From an uncultured Capnocytophaga sp. (GTDB taxonomy: Bacteria; Bacteroidota; Bacteroidia; Flavobacteriales; Flavobacteriaceae): 57,914 nucleotides of DNA. Where the stretch lies: assembly GCA_937919265.1 (NCBI GenBank), contig CALFOY010000340.1, forward strand, positions 1 through 57,914. Reading direction: 5' to 3'. Below the pieces are notes generated by a model, which saw only the letters and a list, made by a program, of their open reading frames with translations, did no database searches and was not told the origin of the DNA. Shown in pieces: positions 42,387 to 52,694 of the stretch (the stretch's first letter is position 1; each line of letters starts with the position of its first letter). The translations under genes and the position numbers were made by a program.

Positions 42387-44192
42387 ATGACTGCTATTAG
42401 AAATATAGCTATTATTGCTCACGTAGACCACGGGAAAACAACTTTGGTAGATAAAATTTTGCATCATTGTGCTCTTTTCCGCGAAAATCAAGAATCTGGT
42501 GAACTTATTTTAGATAATAATGATTTGGAACGAGAAAGAGGAATCACCATTCTTTCTAAAAACGTTTCTGTAACTTATAAAGATATCAAAATCAATATTA
42601 TAGATACGCCAGGGCACGCTGATTTTGGAGGAGAGGTAGAGCGTGTACTAAATATGGCAGACGGAGGATTATTACTTGTTGATGCTTTTGAAGGGCCAAT
42701 GCCTCAAACTCGTTTTGTGCTTCAAAAAGCTATTGAAATGAAGTTAAAACCTATTGTGGTTATTAACAAAGTTGATAAAGAAAATTGTACTCCAGAGGAA
42801 GTACATGAAGCTGTTTTTGACCTAATGTTTGAGTTAGGAGCAGAAGATTGGCAACTTGATTTTCCAACAGTTTATGGTTCTGCAAAACAAAATTGGATGT
42901 CTGAGGACTGGAAAAAGAAAACAGATACTCTTTCACCTCTTTTAGATATGGTAGTTAAATACATTCCTGCCCCACAAATTGAGGAAGGAAATGTACAGAT
43001 GCTCATAACCTCATTAGATTATTCAACATTTACAGGGCGTATAGCCATAGGACGTTTGCATAGAGGAACATTGAAAGCTGGAATGAATATTTCTTTAGTG
43101 AAACGAGATGGCTCTATTGTAAAATCAAAAATTAAAGAACTTCATATATTCGATGGGTTAGGACGTAAGAAAGTAGAGGAAGTACAAGCAGGTGATATTT
43201 GTGCAATAGCTGGGCTAGAAGGGTTTGATATTGGTGATACAGTTGCTGATTATGAAAATCCAGAAGCTCTTCCTACAATTGCTATTGATGAACCTACGAT
43301 GAGTATGTTATTCACTATTAACGATTCTCCTTTCTTTGGTAAAGATGGAAAATTTGTTACATCTAGACACATAAAAGAACGCCTCGAACGTGAATTAGAA
43401 AAAAATTTAGCCCTCAGAGTAGAGCCTACAGATAGTGCAGATAAGTTTATCGTATATGGTCGAGGGGTGTTGCATCTTTCTGTACTTATTGAAACAATGA
43501 GACGTGAAGGATATGAGTTGCAAATTGGTCAGCCTCAGGTGATTATAAAAGAAATTGATGGAGTAAAATGTGAGCCAGTAGAAGAATTGACAATTGATTT
43601 ACCTGAAAGTGTTAGTGGTAAAGCTGTTGATTTTGTAACGCTTCGTAAAGGTGAAATGTTAAGTATGGAACCTAAAGGAGAACGAATGATTATAAAGTTC
43701 CTTATTCCTTCAAGAGGTATTATAGGGCTTAGAAATCAAATACTTACAGCAACAGCAGGAGAAGCTATAATGCACCATAGATTTTTAGAATTTCAACCTT
43801 ATAAAGGAGAAATAGCAGGGCGTATCAATGGTTCTCTTATTTCAATGGAGCAAGGTACTGCAATACCTTATTCTCTTGATAAACTTCAAGATAGAGGTAA
43901 ATTTTTTATTTTCCCTAATGAAGAAATTTATACAGGACAAGTAATAGGAGAAAATTCTCGTAGTGGGGATATTGTTGTAAATGTTACTAAAACAAAGAAA
44001 CTTACTAACGTACGTGCAGCAGGTTCTGATGAGAAAGTAAAGTTGGCTCCACCTATTAAATTTTCATTAGAGGAAGCTTTGGAGTACATACAAAAAGATG
44101 AATATGTGGAAGTAACTCCTAAAAATATGCGTTTGCGAAAAATTTATTTAGATGAAAATGAACGCAAACGTCACGAAAAAGAATTTAAATAA
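42387..44192 (+). CDS. typA: Translational GTPase TypA/BipA
   Basis: [23 protein letters not shown] and [12 protein letters not shown] motifs; start ATG 42387. Confidence 0.98.
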   Translation: MTAIRNIAIIAHVDHGKTTLVDKILHHCALFRENQESGELILDNNDLERERGITILSKNVSVTYKDIKINIIDTPGHADFGGEVERVLNMADGGLLLVDAFEGPMPQTRFVLQKAIEMKLKPIVVINKVDKENCTPEEVHEAVFDLMFELGAEDWQLDFPTVYGSAKQNWMSEDWKKKTDTLSPLLDMVVKYIPAPQIEEGNVQMLITSLDYSTFTGRIAIGRLHRGTLKAGMNISLVKRDGSIVKSKIKELHIFDGLGRKKVEEVQAGDICAIAGLEGFDIGDTVADYENPEALPTIAIDEPTMSMLFTINDSPFFGKDGKFVTSRHIKERLERELEKNLALRVEPTDSADKFIVYGRGVLHLSVLIETMRREGYELQIGQPQVIIKEIDGVKCEPVEELTIDLPESVSGKAVDFVTLRKGEMLSMEPKGERMIIKFLIPSRGIIGLRNQILTATAGEAIMHHRFLEFQPYKGEIAGRINGSLISMEQGTAIPYSLDKLQDRGKFFIFPNEEIYTGQVIGENSRSGDIVVNVTKTKKLTNVRAAGSDEKVKLAPPIKFSLEEALEYIQKDEYVEVTPKNMRLRKIYLDENERKRHEKEFK

Positions 44193-44262
44193 AAATCAAA
44201 AGGAAAAGAAATGAAGAATATTTTTTCATTTCTTTTTTTGTATAAGTTAATTTTAACAAAAA

Positions 44263-44928
44263 ATGAAGCGAAAAATCATTATTACCAAAGATGGCTCTAC
44301 AACTATTGAGATAGAGGGCTGGGCAGAACATTATCATTCTACTCACGGGGCTATCCAAGAGGCATATCATATTTTTATAAAGAATGGATTGTATTTATTT
44401 GAAAATCAAAAAGATATATCTATTCTTGAGATAGGTCTTGGTACAGGGTTAAATGCTTTTATTACTTTTTTAGAAACAGAAAATAAAGATAAAATAATTC
44501 ATTATCAAGGAGTTGAGGCTTACCCAATAACCATAGAAGAAGCCCTTGCTATGAATTATGTAAAAGAATTAAAGCAAGAAAAAAAATCTTTTATTTTTGA
44601 TAAAATACATACTTCATCTTGGGATGAGTGGAATACTCTTTCAGAACATTTTTTCTTAAAAAAAAGAAAACAATTTTTTAATGAAATAATAGATGAAAAT
44701 AGTTTCGATTTGATTTATTTTGATGCCTTTGGGGCACGTGTTCAGCCAGAACTTTGGACTGAAGAGATATTTCAAAAAATGTATAATGCTCTAAAAATCA
44801 ATGGTAAATTGGTAACTTATTCTTCTAAAGGAAGTGCCCGAAGAGCAATGCAAGCAGTTGGTTTTTCCGTTGAGAAAATACCAGGACCTCTTGGTAAAAG
44901 AGAAATGTTACGAGCAACAAAAATATAA
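44263..44928 (+). CDS. mnmD: tRNA mnm5s2U34 methyltransferase (MnmC N-terminal domain)
   Basis: TKDGSTT, YHSTHGA, EIGLGTGLN, YFDAFG and ELW motifs. Confidence 0.88.
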   Translation: MKRKIIITKDGSTTIEIEGWAEHYHSTHGAIQEAYHIFIKNGLYLFENQKDISILEIGLGTGLNAFITFLETENKDKIIHYQGVEAYPITIEEALAMNYVKELKQEKKSFIFDKIHTSSWDEWNTLSEHFFLKKRKQFFNEIIDENSFDLIYFDAFGARVQPELWTEEIFQKMYNALKINGKLVTYSSKGSARRAMQAVGFSVEKIPGPLGKREMLRATKI

Positions 44929-44952
44929 AAAGGCTTTATTTTATAAAGCCTT

Positions 44953-45555
44953 TTATTTAATATTTCTTAAAATAGGGTTAAGCTCTTCATCATTATACAT
45001 TTTCATTTGCTTATATACTTTCATATATTTTCTACCTGCTTCAATATCAGCAAGTAATTGGTCTAAAGCCTCGGATAAATCTTTCTTTTGTTCTAAAAGA
45101 ATTTGTAATTTATCATTACATTTTTCTTTATGTTCTTTGGAAGCATCAGTTCTATTTACTTCTTCTTGCATATGGTAAATTTTCAGAGCCAAAATAGATA
45201 GTCTATCCACAGCCCAAGCAGGGCTTTCAGTATTTATAGTAGCGTTTTCAAGAGGTTTAATATTTTTATATTTTTCTAAAAAATAACTATCTATAAACTC
45301 TACCGTATCAGTTCTATCTTGGTTGGAAGCATCTATTTTTCTTTTTAAATCAAGGGCATCAATAGGGTTGATATTTGGGTCTCGAATAATATCTTCATAG
45401 TGCCATTGTACGGTATCTATCCAATTTTTTCTATATAATAAATGTTCTATACTTTTTGAATGATATGGATTTTCAAAAGGCTGATAAACGTCATCTAAAA
45501 TATGATATTTCTTAATACTTTCCCAGAAAATATCAAAGGCTATTTTACTAAACAT
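44953..45555 (-). CDS. DUF4254 domain protein
   Basis: WIDTVQWHYED, IDASNQDRTD and ESPAWAVDRLSIL motifs. Confidence 0.85.
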   Translation of the reverse strand: MFSKIAFDIFWESIKKYHILDDVYQPFENPYHSKSIEHLLYRKNWIDTVQWHYEDIIRDPNINPIDALDLKRKIDASNQDRTDTVEFIDSYFLEKYKNIKPLENATINTESPAWAVDRLSILALKIYHMQEEVNRTDASKEHKEKCNDKLQILLEQKKDLSEALDQLLADIEAGRKYMKVYKQMKMYNDEELNPILRNIK

Positions 45556-45631
45556 ATTTCTTGTTTTTTTCGCAAATATATTGTTATTTTGTATAAAAAA
45601 CAAATTTTAATCCATTTAATACCTAATTACG

Positions 45632-46288
45632 ATGATAATACACCGATTTGATGAATCAAACTCTATTTTGCTTCAATTTATTTCAGAACTTAGAAGTGTT
45701 GATATTCAAAAAGATAGAATGCGATTTCGAAGAAATCTTGAACGAATAGGAGAGATTTTAAGTTATGAAATGAGTAAACAAATTTCTTATCAAAAACAAA
45801 CAATAACTACCCCTTTAGGGACAAAAGTTATATCACTTCCAGAAGATAAAATAGTTATTTGTTCTATTCTTCGTGCAGGCTTGGCGCTTCATCAAGGAGT
45901 TTTAAATTATTTTGACCAAGCAGACAATGCGTTTATTTCAGCTTATCGGAAGCATCTTTCAGATTCTGAATTTGAAATTTTAGTAGAATATTTAGCTTCT
46001 CCATCTCTTGAAAATCATATTCTTATACTTGCAGACCCAATGCTTGCAACTGGACGTTCTTTTATAAATGTATATGATTCATTAAAAAAATTAGGAACTC
46101 CAAAAGAAATTCATCTTTTTGCAGTTATAGGCTCAGAGGAAGGCCTACAAAATGTATCTGCTCATTTTCCAGAGAATACTCATCTTTGGATAGCTACTGT
46201 TGATGAAAAGCTTAATGAACATAGCTATATAGTGCCAGGTTTGGGAGATGCAGGAGATTTGGCTTTTGGGGAAAAAATGCAGGGGTAA
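45632..46288 (+). CDS. upp: Uracil phosphoribosyltransferase
   Basis: ILRAG, DPMLATG and YIVPGLGDAGD motifs. Confidence 0.96.
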   Translation: MIIHRFDESNSILLQFISELRSVDIQKDRMRFRRNLERIGEILSYEMSKQISYQKQTITTPLGTKVISLPEDKIVICSILRAGLALHQGVLNYFDQADNAFISAYRKHLSDSEFEILVEYLASPSLENHILILADPMLATGRSFINVYDSLKKLGTPKEIHLFAVIGSEEGLQNVSAHFPENTHLWIATVDEKLNEHSYIVPGLGDAGDLAFGEKMQG

Positions 46289-46362
46289 ATTATAAAAAAC
46301 TTGTTTAGACAATATTTTTTTGTACTTTTGCAGATATTATTTTTTAGATTTAAACCATAAAA

Positions 46363-47607
46363 ATGGATATTCAAACAATAAAACAGCGTTTTAGTATTAT
46401 CGGTAATGACCCTATGCTCAATCTTGCTATTGAGAAAGCAATACGTATAGCTCCTACTGATGTTTCGGTTTTGGTAACGGGCGAAAGTGGAGTAGGGAAG
46501 GAGGCTATTCCAAGGATAATACATTCTTTGTCTAATAGAAAACACGGCAAATATATAGCTGTTAATTGTGGTGCAATTCCCGAAGGTACAATAGATTCTG
46601 AGCTTTTTGGACATGAAAAAGGAGCTTTCACAGGGGCTACTTCTACTCGGAGTGGTTATTTTGAAGAAGCAGACGGAGGAACTATTTTTTTAGATGAAGT
46701 AGGAGAGCTACCCCTAACTACACAAGTAAGACTTTTACGAGTGCTTGAAAACGGAGAGTTTATTAAAGTTGGAGCTTCTAATGTACAGAAAACAAATGTT
46801 CGTATCGTAGCGGCTACTAATGTAAAAATGCAAGAAGCTATTAAAAAAGGTCGTTTCCGTGAAGATTTATATTATCGTTTGAGTACCGTTGAAATTTATC
46901 TTCCGCCTTTACGAGAAAGAAAGAATGATATACATTTGTTATTTAGAAAATTTGCTTCTGACTTTGCTCAAAAGTACAGAATGCCACCAATACAATTAAC
47001 AGAAAGTGGAGTACAAGAATTGTTACGTTATCGTTGGAGTGGGAATATACGTCAATTGAGAAATATAGCAGAACAAATTTCTGTTTTAGAACAAAAAAGA
47101 GAAATTTCATCAGAAACACTTTTGTCATATTTGCCTGATTTAGAGCCTCATTTTCCAGTTCCTGTTTCTCAAACAAAAACAGAAAGTGATTTTAGCTCTG
47201 AGAGAGAAATTCTTTATAAAGTTCTTTTCGATATGAGAAATGATTTGAATGATCTTAAACAGTTGACTCTCAAATTGATGCAAGAAGGGAACACCAATAA
47301 AGTCCGTGAAGAAAATCAAAGTTTAATTCATAAAATTTATGGAGATACAGACGTTCATTATTCTTCTGGCATTGAGGAGCCTACTATGATGATTATCCCT
47401 CACGAGAAAAATTCAACAACACATAAAAATTATGATTTTGTTGAAGAAATTCAAGAAGAAGAACCAATTTCTTTGCAAGATAAAGAACTTGAATTGATTC
47501 AAAAAGCTCTTGAACGTAATAAGGGGAAAAGAAAAGAAGCAGCTCGTGAGCTTGGTATATCAGAAAGAACACTTTACAGAAAAATAAAACAATACGATTT
47601 AGAGTAA
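46363..47607 (+). CDS. Sigma54-type AAA+ activator with Fis HTH, no N-terminal sensor domain
   Basis: GESGVGKE, GAFTGA, FLDEVGE, RFREDLYYRL motifs and C-terminal ELGISERTLYRK. Confidence 0.93.
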   Translation: MDIQTIKQRFSIIGNDPMLNLAIEKAIRIAPTDVSVLVTGESGVGKEAIPRIIHSLSNRKHGKYIAVNCGAIPEGTIDSELFGHEKGAFTGATSTRSGYFEEADGGTIFLDEVGELPLTTQVRLLRVLENGEFIKVGASNVQKTNVRIVAATNVKMQEAIKKGRFREDLYYRLSTVEIYLPPLRERKNDIHLLFRKFASDFAQKYRMPPIQLTESGVQELLRYRWSGNIRQLRNIAEQISVLEQKREISSETLLSYLPDLEPHFPVPVSQTKTESDFSSEREILYKVLFDMRNDLNDLKQLTLKLMQEGNTNKVREENQSLIHKIYGDTDVHYSSGIEEPTMMIIPHEKNSTTHKNYDFVEEIQEEEPISLQDKELELIQKALERNKGKRKEAARELGISERTLYRKIKQYDLE

Positions 47608-47681
47608 AAAATAATAATTATTTTATATTGAAAGACTTGGTATTTATAAAAAAAATTGTATCTTTGCCCGAAATTTTTTCC

Positions 47682-48176
47682 TTGAAAAAATGGATTTTAT
47701 TTTTATCAATAGCTATATTGTTCACTTCTTGCGGAATTTATAATTTCACTGGAGGGAGTACAGGGCAAGCAAAAACATTTCAAGTGAATTTCTTCCAAAA
47801 TAAGGCTCAATTAGTTGAACCAGGTATGGATCGAGATTTTACTTTTTATCTACAAGATTTGATAAATAATCAAACTAATTTATCTCTTACTGATAGAAAT
47901 GGAGATTTAGTTTATGAAGGTGAAATTACTAATTTTACTATTTCTCCAATGGCTGCCAACTCTCAACAGCAGGCTGCCCAAAACCGATTGTCAGTAACTA
48001 TAAATGTTAGATTTTCAAATGTTATTGAACCTGAAAAAGATTTTGAAAAGCAATTTTCTCACTATTATGACTTCCCTGCTAATTTACAGCTTAGTGCAGT
48101 GAAAAGTAATGCTTTTGAGGAAATTTTTGAACGAATAGCACAAGATATTTTTAACGCTTCATTAGCAAATTGGTAA
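47682..48176 (+). CDS. lptE: LptE family LPS-assembly lipoprotein
   Basis: TTG start after the TATCTTTG element at 47659; lipobox FTSC-GIYNFTG; conserved Bacteroidetes context. Confidence 0.75.
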   Translation: MKKWILFLSIAILFTSCGIYNFTGGSTGQAKTFQVNFFQNKAQLVEPGMDRDFTFYLQDLINNQTNLSLTDRNGDLVYEGEITNFTISPMAANSQQQAAQNRLSVTINVRFSNVIEPEKDFEKQFSHYYDFPANLQLSAVKSNAFEEIFERIAQDIFNASLANW

Positions 48177-49057
48177 TGACACCGCAAGAATTATCATCAG
48201 TACTCAAAGACCCTAATAGCATTACATTATCACAAGTCTATGAGTTAGAGAATATTATATATGAATTTCCTTTTTTTCAGGTAGCAAGAGCCGTTCATCT
48301 GAAGGTATTATATACACAAGGTAGTTATAGGTATAATAAAGCTTTGAAAATCACAGCTTCTCATATAGGAAATAGGAGTGTTTTATTTGATTTTATTACA
48401 TCAAATTCTTTTAAAGAAATAAATCCTAATTTTCTTAAAAAGCAACCAAATATGCCTAAAGCGTATTATGATGAAGCAATACCTTCGGGCTTTACAATGT
48501 ATGTAACTGAAGATGTTTTTCAGGAAAAAGGGAAAATAGATGAAAGTACAGAAAATGTACAAAAAATTATAGGAAAATACACCCCTTCATCAGATAAGAA
48601 TAAAGAGGTTGAGGAGTCTTTACAGATGGGAAAACCTCTAAATTTTGAAAAGAATGATTCTCATTCATTTTCTCAATGGCTTGAAGTTACTCGTTATAAA
48701 CCTATTGATAGGAAATCAAGCAAAAAAACAGTTGATCCTTTACCAAATGTAGGAAAAAATGTTTTTGAAGAAGGAGATGTTCGTGCTAAAAAATTTGATT
48801 TGATAGATAAATTTTTAGAGACTAATCCTAAAATAGAAGTGAAAAAAGATTACGCTTCCACAGTAGATTTGAGTGAAAATAACTCTGTTGAGCGTAAATT
48901 GATGACAGAAACACTTGCTAAAGTTTATTTAGAACAAGGAAAATATACAGAGGCAATACACGCCTATCAAATATTAATTTTAAAGTATCCTGAAAAATCA
49001 GGATTTTTTATAGAGCAAATAAAAGCAATACAAAAAATACAACAAAATAATTTATAA
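48176..49057 (+). CDS. Conserved TPR-containing protein
   Basis: FPFFQ, LIDKFL, MTETLAKVYLEQG and YPEKS motifs. Confidence 0.8.
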   Translation: MTPQELSSVLKDPNSITLSQVYELENIIYEFPFFQVARAVHLKVLYTQGSYRYNKALKITASHIGNRSVLFDFITSNSFKEINPNFLKKQPNMPKAYYDEAIPSGFTMYVTEDVFQEKGKIDESTENVQKIIGKYTPSSDKNKEVEESLQMGKPLNFEKNDSHSFSQWLEVTRYKPIDRKSSKKTVDPLPNVGKNVFEEGDVRAKKFDLIDKFLETNPKIEVKKDYASTVDLSENNSVERKLMTETLAKVYLEQGKYTEAIHAYQILILKYPEKSGFFIEQIKAIQKIQQNNL

Positions 49058-49079
49058 TTAAAAATAAAGATTTATAGTT

Positions 49080-49400
49080 ATGGTAACATTTAACATTCTT
49101 TTAGTAGTAGTACTTTTGATTACATTTTTATTAGTTTTGGTTATTATGGTGCAACAGCCTAAAGGGGGAGGTTTGTCTTCTTCATTTGGAGGAAATGCTC
49201 AAGTAATAGGAGGTGTTAAAAAAACGGGTGATTTTTTAGATAGAAGTACTTGGGTTTTAGGCTCTTCTCTTATTATTGTTATCCTTATGGCTAATATTGT
49301 TTTAAAAAATAATAAAGGAGAAGTAAATGGAGGAAGTGTATATGATGGTGTAAAACCTGCACAAACTTCTGTACCTGTACAAACTCCACAGGGAAAATAA
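49080..49400 (+). CDS. secG: Preprotein translocase subunit SecG
   Basis: Two TMs flanking VQQPKGGGLSSSFGG. Confidence 0.95.
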   Translation: MVTFNILLVVVLLITFLLVLVIMVQQPKGGGLSSSFGGNAQVIGGVKKTGDFLDRSTWVLGSSLIIVILMANIVLKNNKGEVNGGSVYDGVKPAQTSVPVQTPQGK

Positions 49401-49570
49401 AAAATCAAAAAAAGTAAAATAGATTAAAAAAAATAAGTTAAAATGGAGCTTGTAATTAAATTAAAAGTAGAATTTTAACTTATTTTTATCTTTTATTTTT
49501 TTGGGTATCTTTTATTTTTTTGTAAATTTGCCCCGAAATACTTATTCTAAAAGATAAATTAAGAAACAAA

Positions 49571-50440
49571 ATGATAAAAACAAAGCTTTTTATATTATTG
49601 GGATTATTCTCTTTAAGTTCCACATTTGCTCAAACAGAAAACCGGACAGATGTGCAAAATCACTTAAAAGATTTGAGACTTAAAGGAGATGTTAAAACTT
49701 TTAAAATAACACCTTACAAAGTTGTAGATTATTTTGGTAAAATAGTAAAAGGTGATAAACAAGATTTCTGGACAGGAGATGTGGTAGTAGTTTTTGATGA
49801 AAAAGGCTATAAAATAGAAACTAACAGATATAATAAAGTTGGACAGCTTTCTCAAAAGGTAATCTATAAATATGATGAACAAGGGAAAAGAATTGTCAGA
49901 GATGTATATAATTCTTTTGGAAAAATTCAAATGAAGTATATGTATGTGTATGATGATAGAGGAAGTAAAACAGCTTATAATAGCTATACTCCAACAGGAA
50001 AACTTCACGATACATATCAGTACTTGAATGATGATAAAGGACGTATGATTCAGGAGCTATGGACTAAGTCTGATAAAACATTTGGATTAAAATACACTTT
50101 TGAATATGATGCTAAAGGACAATTAACAAAAACTTGCCAATATACAAAAGATGCAAATACTTTGGATAACTGTACTGCTTACAAATATGATAAAAGTGGT
50201 AATATCGTAGAATTAGAAATTTTTAAATCTAACGGAGATTTGAAACGTAAGCAAGTTATAAAATATGACAACAAAGGAAATGAAATTAATGTTAGAAACT
50301 TTGATGAAAATGGAAACTTTATTGATGAAAGAAATTATAAATATCAGTATGATGAAAAAGGAAACTGGGTGGAAAGAATAGAGTATGTTAATGATTTCCC
50401 GAAAGCATTAATTGAAAGAGAGTTTATTTATTATAAATAA
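49571..50440 (+). CDS. Secreted YD/RHS-like repeat protein
   Basis: Signal peptide; about seven YxYDxxG repeats; own TTTG-N19-TAAATTTG promoter (49500-49530). Confidence 0.7.
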   Translation: MIKTKLFILLGLFSLSSTFAQTENRTDVQNHLKDLRLKGDVKTFKITPYKVVDYFGKIVKGDKQDFWTGDVVVVFDEKGYKIETNRYNKVGQLSQKVIYKYDEQGKRIVRDVYNSFGKIQMKYMYVYDDRGSKTAYNSYTPTGKLHDTYQYLNDDKGRMIQELWTKSDKTFGLKYTFEYDAKGQLTKTCQYTKDANTLDNCTAYKYDKSGNIVELEIFKSNGDLKRKQVIKYDNKGNEINVRNFDENGNFIDERNYKYQYDEKGNWVERIEYVNDFPKALIEREFIYYK

Positions 50441-50458
50441 TTAATTTAAAATATTAGT

Positions 50459-50489
50459 AAAAGGTTGTCTGATTAGACAGCCTTTTTTT
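50459..50489 (+). terminator. Terminator of the YD-repeat gene
   Basis: AAGGTTGTCT/AGACAGCCTT stem plus T-tract. Confidence 0.8.
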
Positions 50490-51047
50490 ATGTTCTTAAT
50501 TAAAGGTATAAATATGAAAAATTATATCATTTCTCAATATTTGCCATAAAGAAATATAATTACTTTGATGTATTTTTATATTATGTCTATCAGGAAATAT
50601 CTATCATCTGCTAAAAAGAGTAGATATTCATACAGTAAATATAGTGTTTTTAATATATTTTTGTATTTTAATTCTATTCAAAACTATGATATAGAGCGAA
50701 TGAAGTAATATTATCTTGCTGAAAAATATAATCAAATACCGCTTCTAATACTTTTCCTATTGGAAAAATGAAATCTACTACTGTAAATTCTATTTTTCTA
50801 ATGAGAAAAATAGAAGACGTAACTCTAAACTATATTTTTACTCATAGTGTAGTTGCATTCAGAGTAGTAGAAAGTTACTTTACTCTGAGGTATATAAAAA
50901 GAATTAGGTCTAAACTCTATATTTCTTATAAGAAAAATGAAGTTTAGACCTAATTACTATTATTTATACAATGGTAAATAAACAATTGCTTGTTAAAAAA
51001 TAGATTTTATTTTATGATAAAAGTATTAAATGAAATGTTTTATAAGT

Positions 51048-51096
51048 GTTTCTATATAAGAAAAAGATAATTCTTTGTATAGAAACTCTTTTTTTT
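51048..51096 (+). terminator. Terminator-like hairpin with plus-strand U-tract (possibly bidirectional)
   Basis: GTTTCTATA/TATAGAAAC extended stem followed by T8. Confidence 0.55.
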
Positions 51097-51111
51097 ATGT
51101 GGATTAAAGTG

Positions 51112-52155
51112 CTATCCTAATGCTCGGTTTATATCAAAACTCTCGTCAGACATACCATAGTTCGCAACGGTACCACACCAAGGGCAAGAGTTAGTCCCTT
51201 CGCCAACGATGCAATGTACTCCTCCGCAAGAACAAGTAGCCAAAGCGTAGCTATTTCCGCAACAAGGACACGAAGGATTACCAATAAGCTCATCGGCAGA
51301 TACTTTTAGACTATAATCAGTTTCATTCGATAGCTCTTTATATGTTATTTCATCTATTTTATAAGCACCTTCAAGCATATAGTTACGGGTTTTTATACCA
51401 TATATGCTGGATTCTCTGAATGATTTTTGGAATTTGATGAGGTATTGTTTATTTGTTTTAGAGCATTTTCCTCGTATTACGACAAAATTCTCATCTGGTA
51501 TTTGATGTTTTTTGGTAGTATCAATACTTTCTATAAGCTCAGGATTGATTTTCACAAGGTTTATTCCATCTTTATTATCTGTATTCACACGTTCGCTTGT
51601 AGTTTTTATAGAGGCGGTAATCCATTTAAAAAACTCTTTATAAGAAGAAGCGCTTGTATTATTGAACTTCAAAACTTGGTTGCTAAGTCTTCCCATTAGT
51701 TCAAAATTGGTATTTTCTCCCAAAGAAATAATTACTAAGTTAGAAGAATTTTTGTAATTTGAGTTCCAACGCTCTATAGCTTGCTCGGTATCATCAGTAG
51801 GTACGCCATCTGTGAACAAAAATATAAGAGGCTTCCAGTCTCCTTTTCGTTCGAAAGTAGTTTTCACTACATCACGAGATATGGCATTCATTAATTCATT
51901 CAGTCCGCTTGATAATGAAGTACCTCCTCCGATAGGAATTTTAGGCGGATAGAAAGAGATAATGTCCTGTAAAGGGGTGATTATCTTACTTTTACCAGCA
52001 AAACCAATGATGGAAATCCAAACAGTTTCCAATGCAAAAGGGTCAGATTTCAGCTCTTTGATAATGGTAGCAATACCTTCTTGTACTTGTTCTATAGGTT
52101 CGCCTATCATTGACTCAGATACATCAATGAGGAAATAGATGGGTAATCTTCTCAT
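51112..52155 (-). CDS. terY: TerY vWA protein with C-terminal TerY-C metal-binding domain
   Basis: MRRLPIYFLIDVSES MIDAS, GDWKP...TDG, and Cys cluster CPCCG/CSCGGVHC/CPWCG. Confidence 0.9.
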   Translation of the reverse strand: MRRLPIYFLIDVSESMIGEPIEQVQEGIATIIKELKSDPFALETVWISIIGFAGKSKIITPLQDIISFYPPKIPIGGGTSLSSGLNELMNAISRDVVKTTFERKGDWKPLIFLFTDGVPTDDTEQAIERWNSNYKNSSNLVIISLGENTNFELMGRLSNQVLKFNNTSASSYKEFFKWITASIKTTSERVNTDNKDGINLVKINPELIESIDTTKKHQIPDENFVVIRGKCSKTNKQYLIKFQKSFRESSIYGIKTRNYMLEGAYKIDEITYKELSNETDYSLKVSADELIGNPSCPCCGNSYALATCSCGGVHCIVGEGTNSCPWCGTVANYGMSDESFDINRALG

Positions 52156-52694
52156 AAGTATTTACATTTGATGTTAATGTTGTTTTATTATTAAATATGG
52201 TATGTGTATTAACATAAAAAAGGGGAATACGATGTTTTTTGCACTCTGTATTCCCAAAGATATATTAAAAAGATAGTTAAAACTATAAAATCAAGCTGAA
52301 AAAGTATGTTTTCTCTATCTTTATATTAGTTAAAAGCTCGGAATATAGAGAATAAAGCTTCACTTTATTCATTAAAAGCCTTGATATTTTCCTAAATGCT
52401 TCATTTTTTATACTATAAATGATAGTAAATATCATTAATTATAGAGAAAACAGGAAATGTTTTATAGAATAAAAAAATCGCTCTATACAAGGAAATCACA
52501 AAAGCTATTGTTTAAATCCTAATCTTTCCTAAAAGAAATAAATATTTTTATTGTTTAGTTATTTTAAAGATAATTTTTTTGTACAATATATCCTATTTTT
52601 TATCTAATTTTCTTTCAAGAAGTGGCTTATTTTAGCTTGATAAAGTTTCTTTTTTGGGTAAAAAAGGCTCTTTTGCTGTAAGTGAAAAGGCTAT

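Noticed and set aside
50690..52487. 10-bp inverted match TATAGAGCGA/TCGCTCTATA flanking terY-C as invertible-segment ends
   Set aside because: Too short to exceed chance between two ~600-bp AT-rich spacers, and no recombinase nearby
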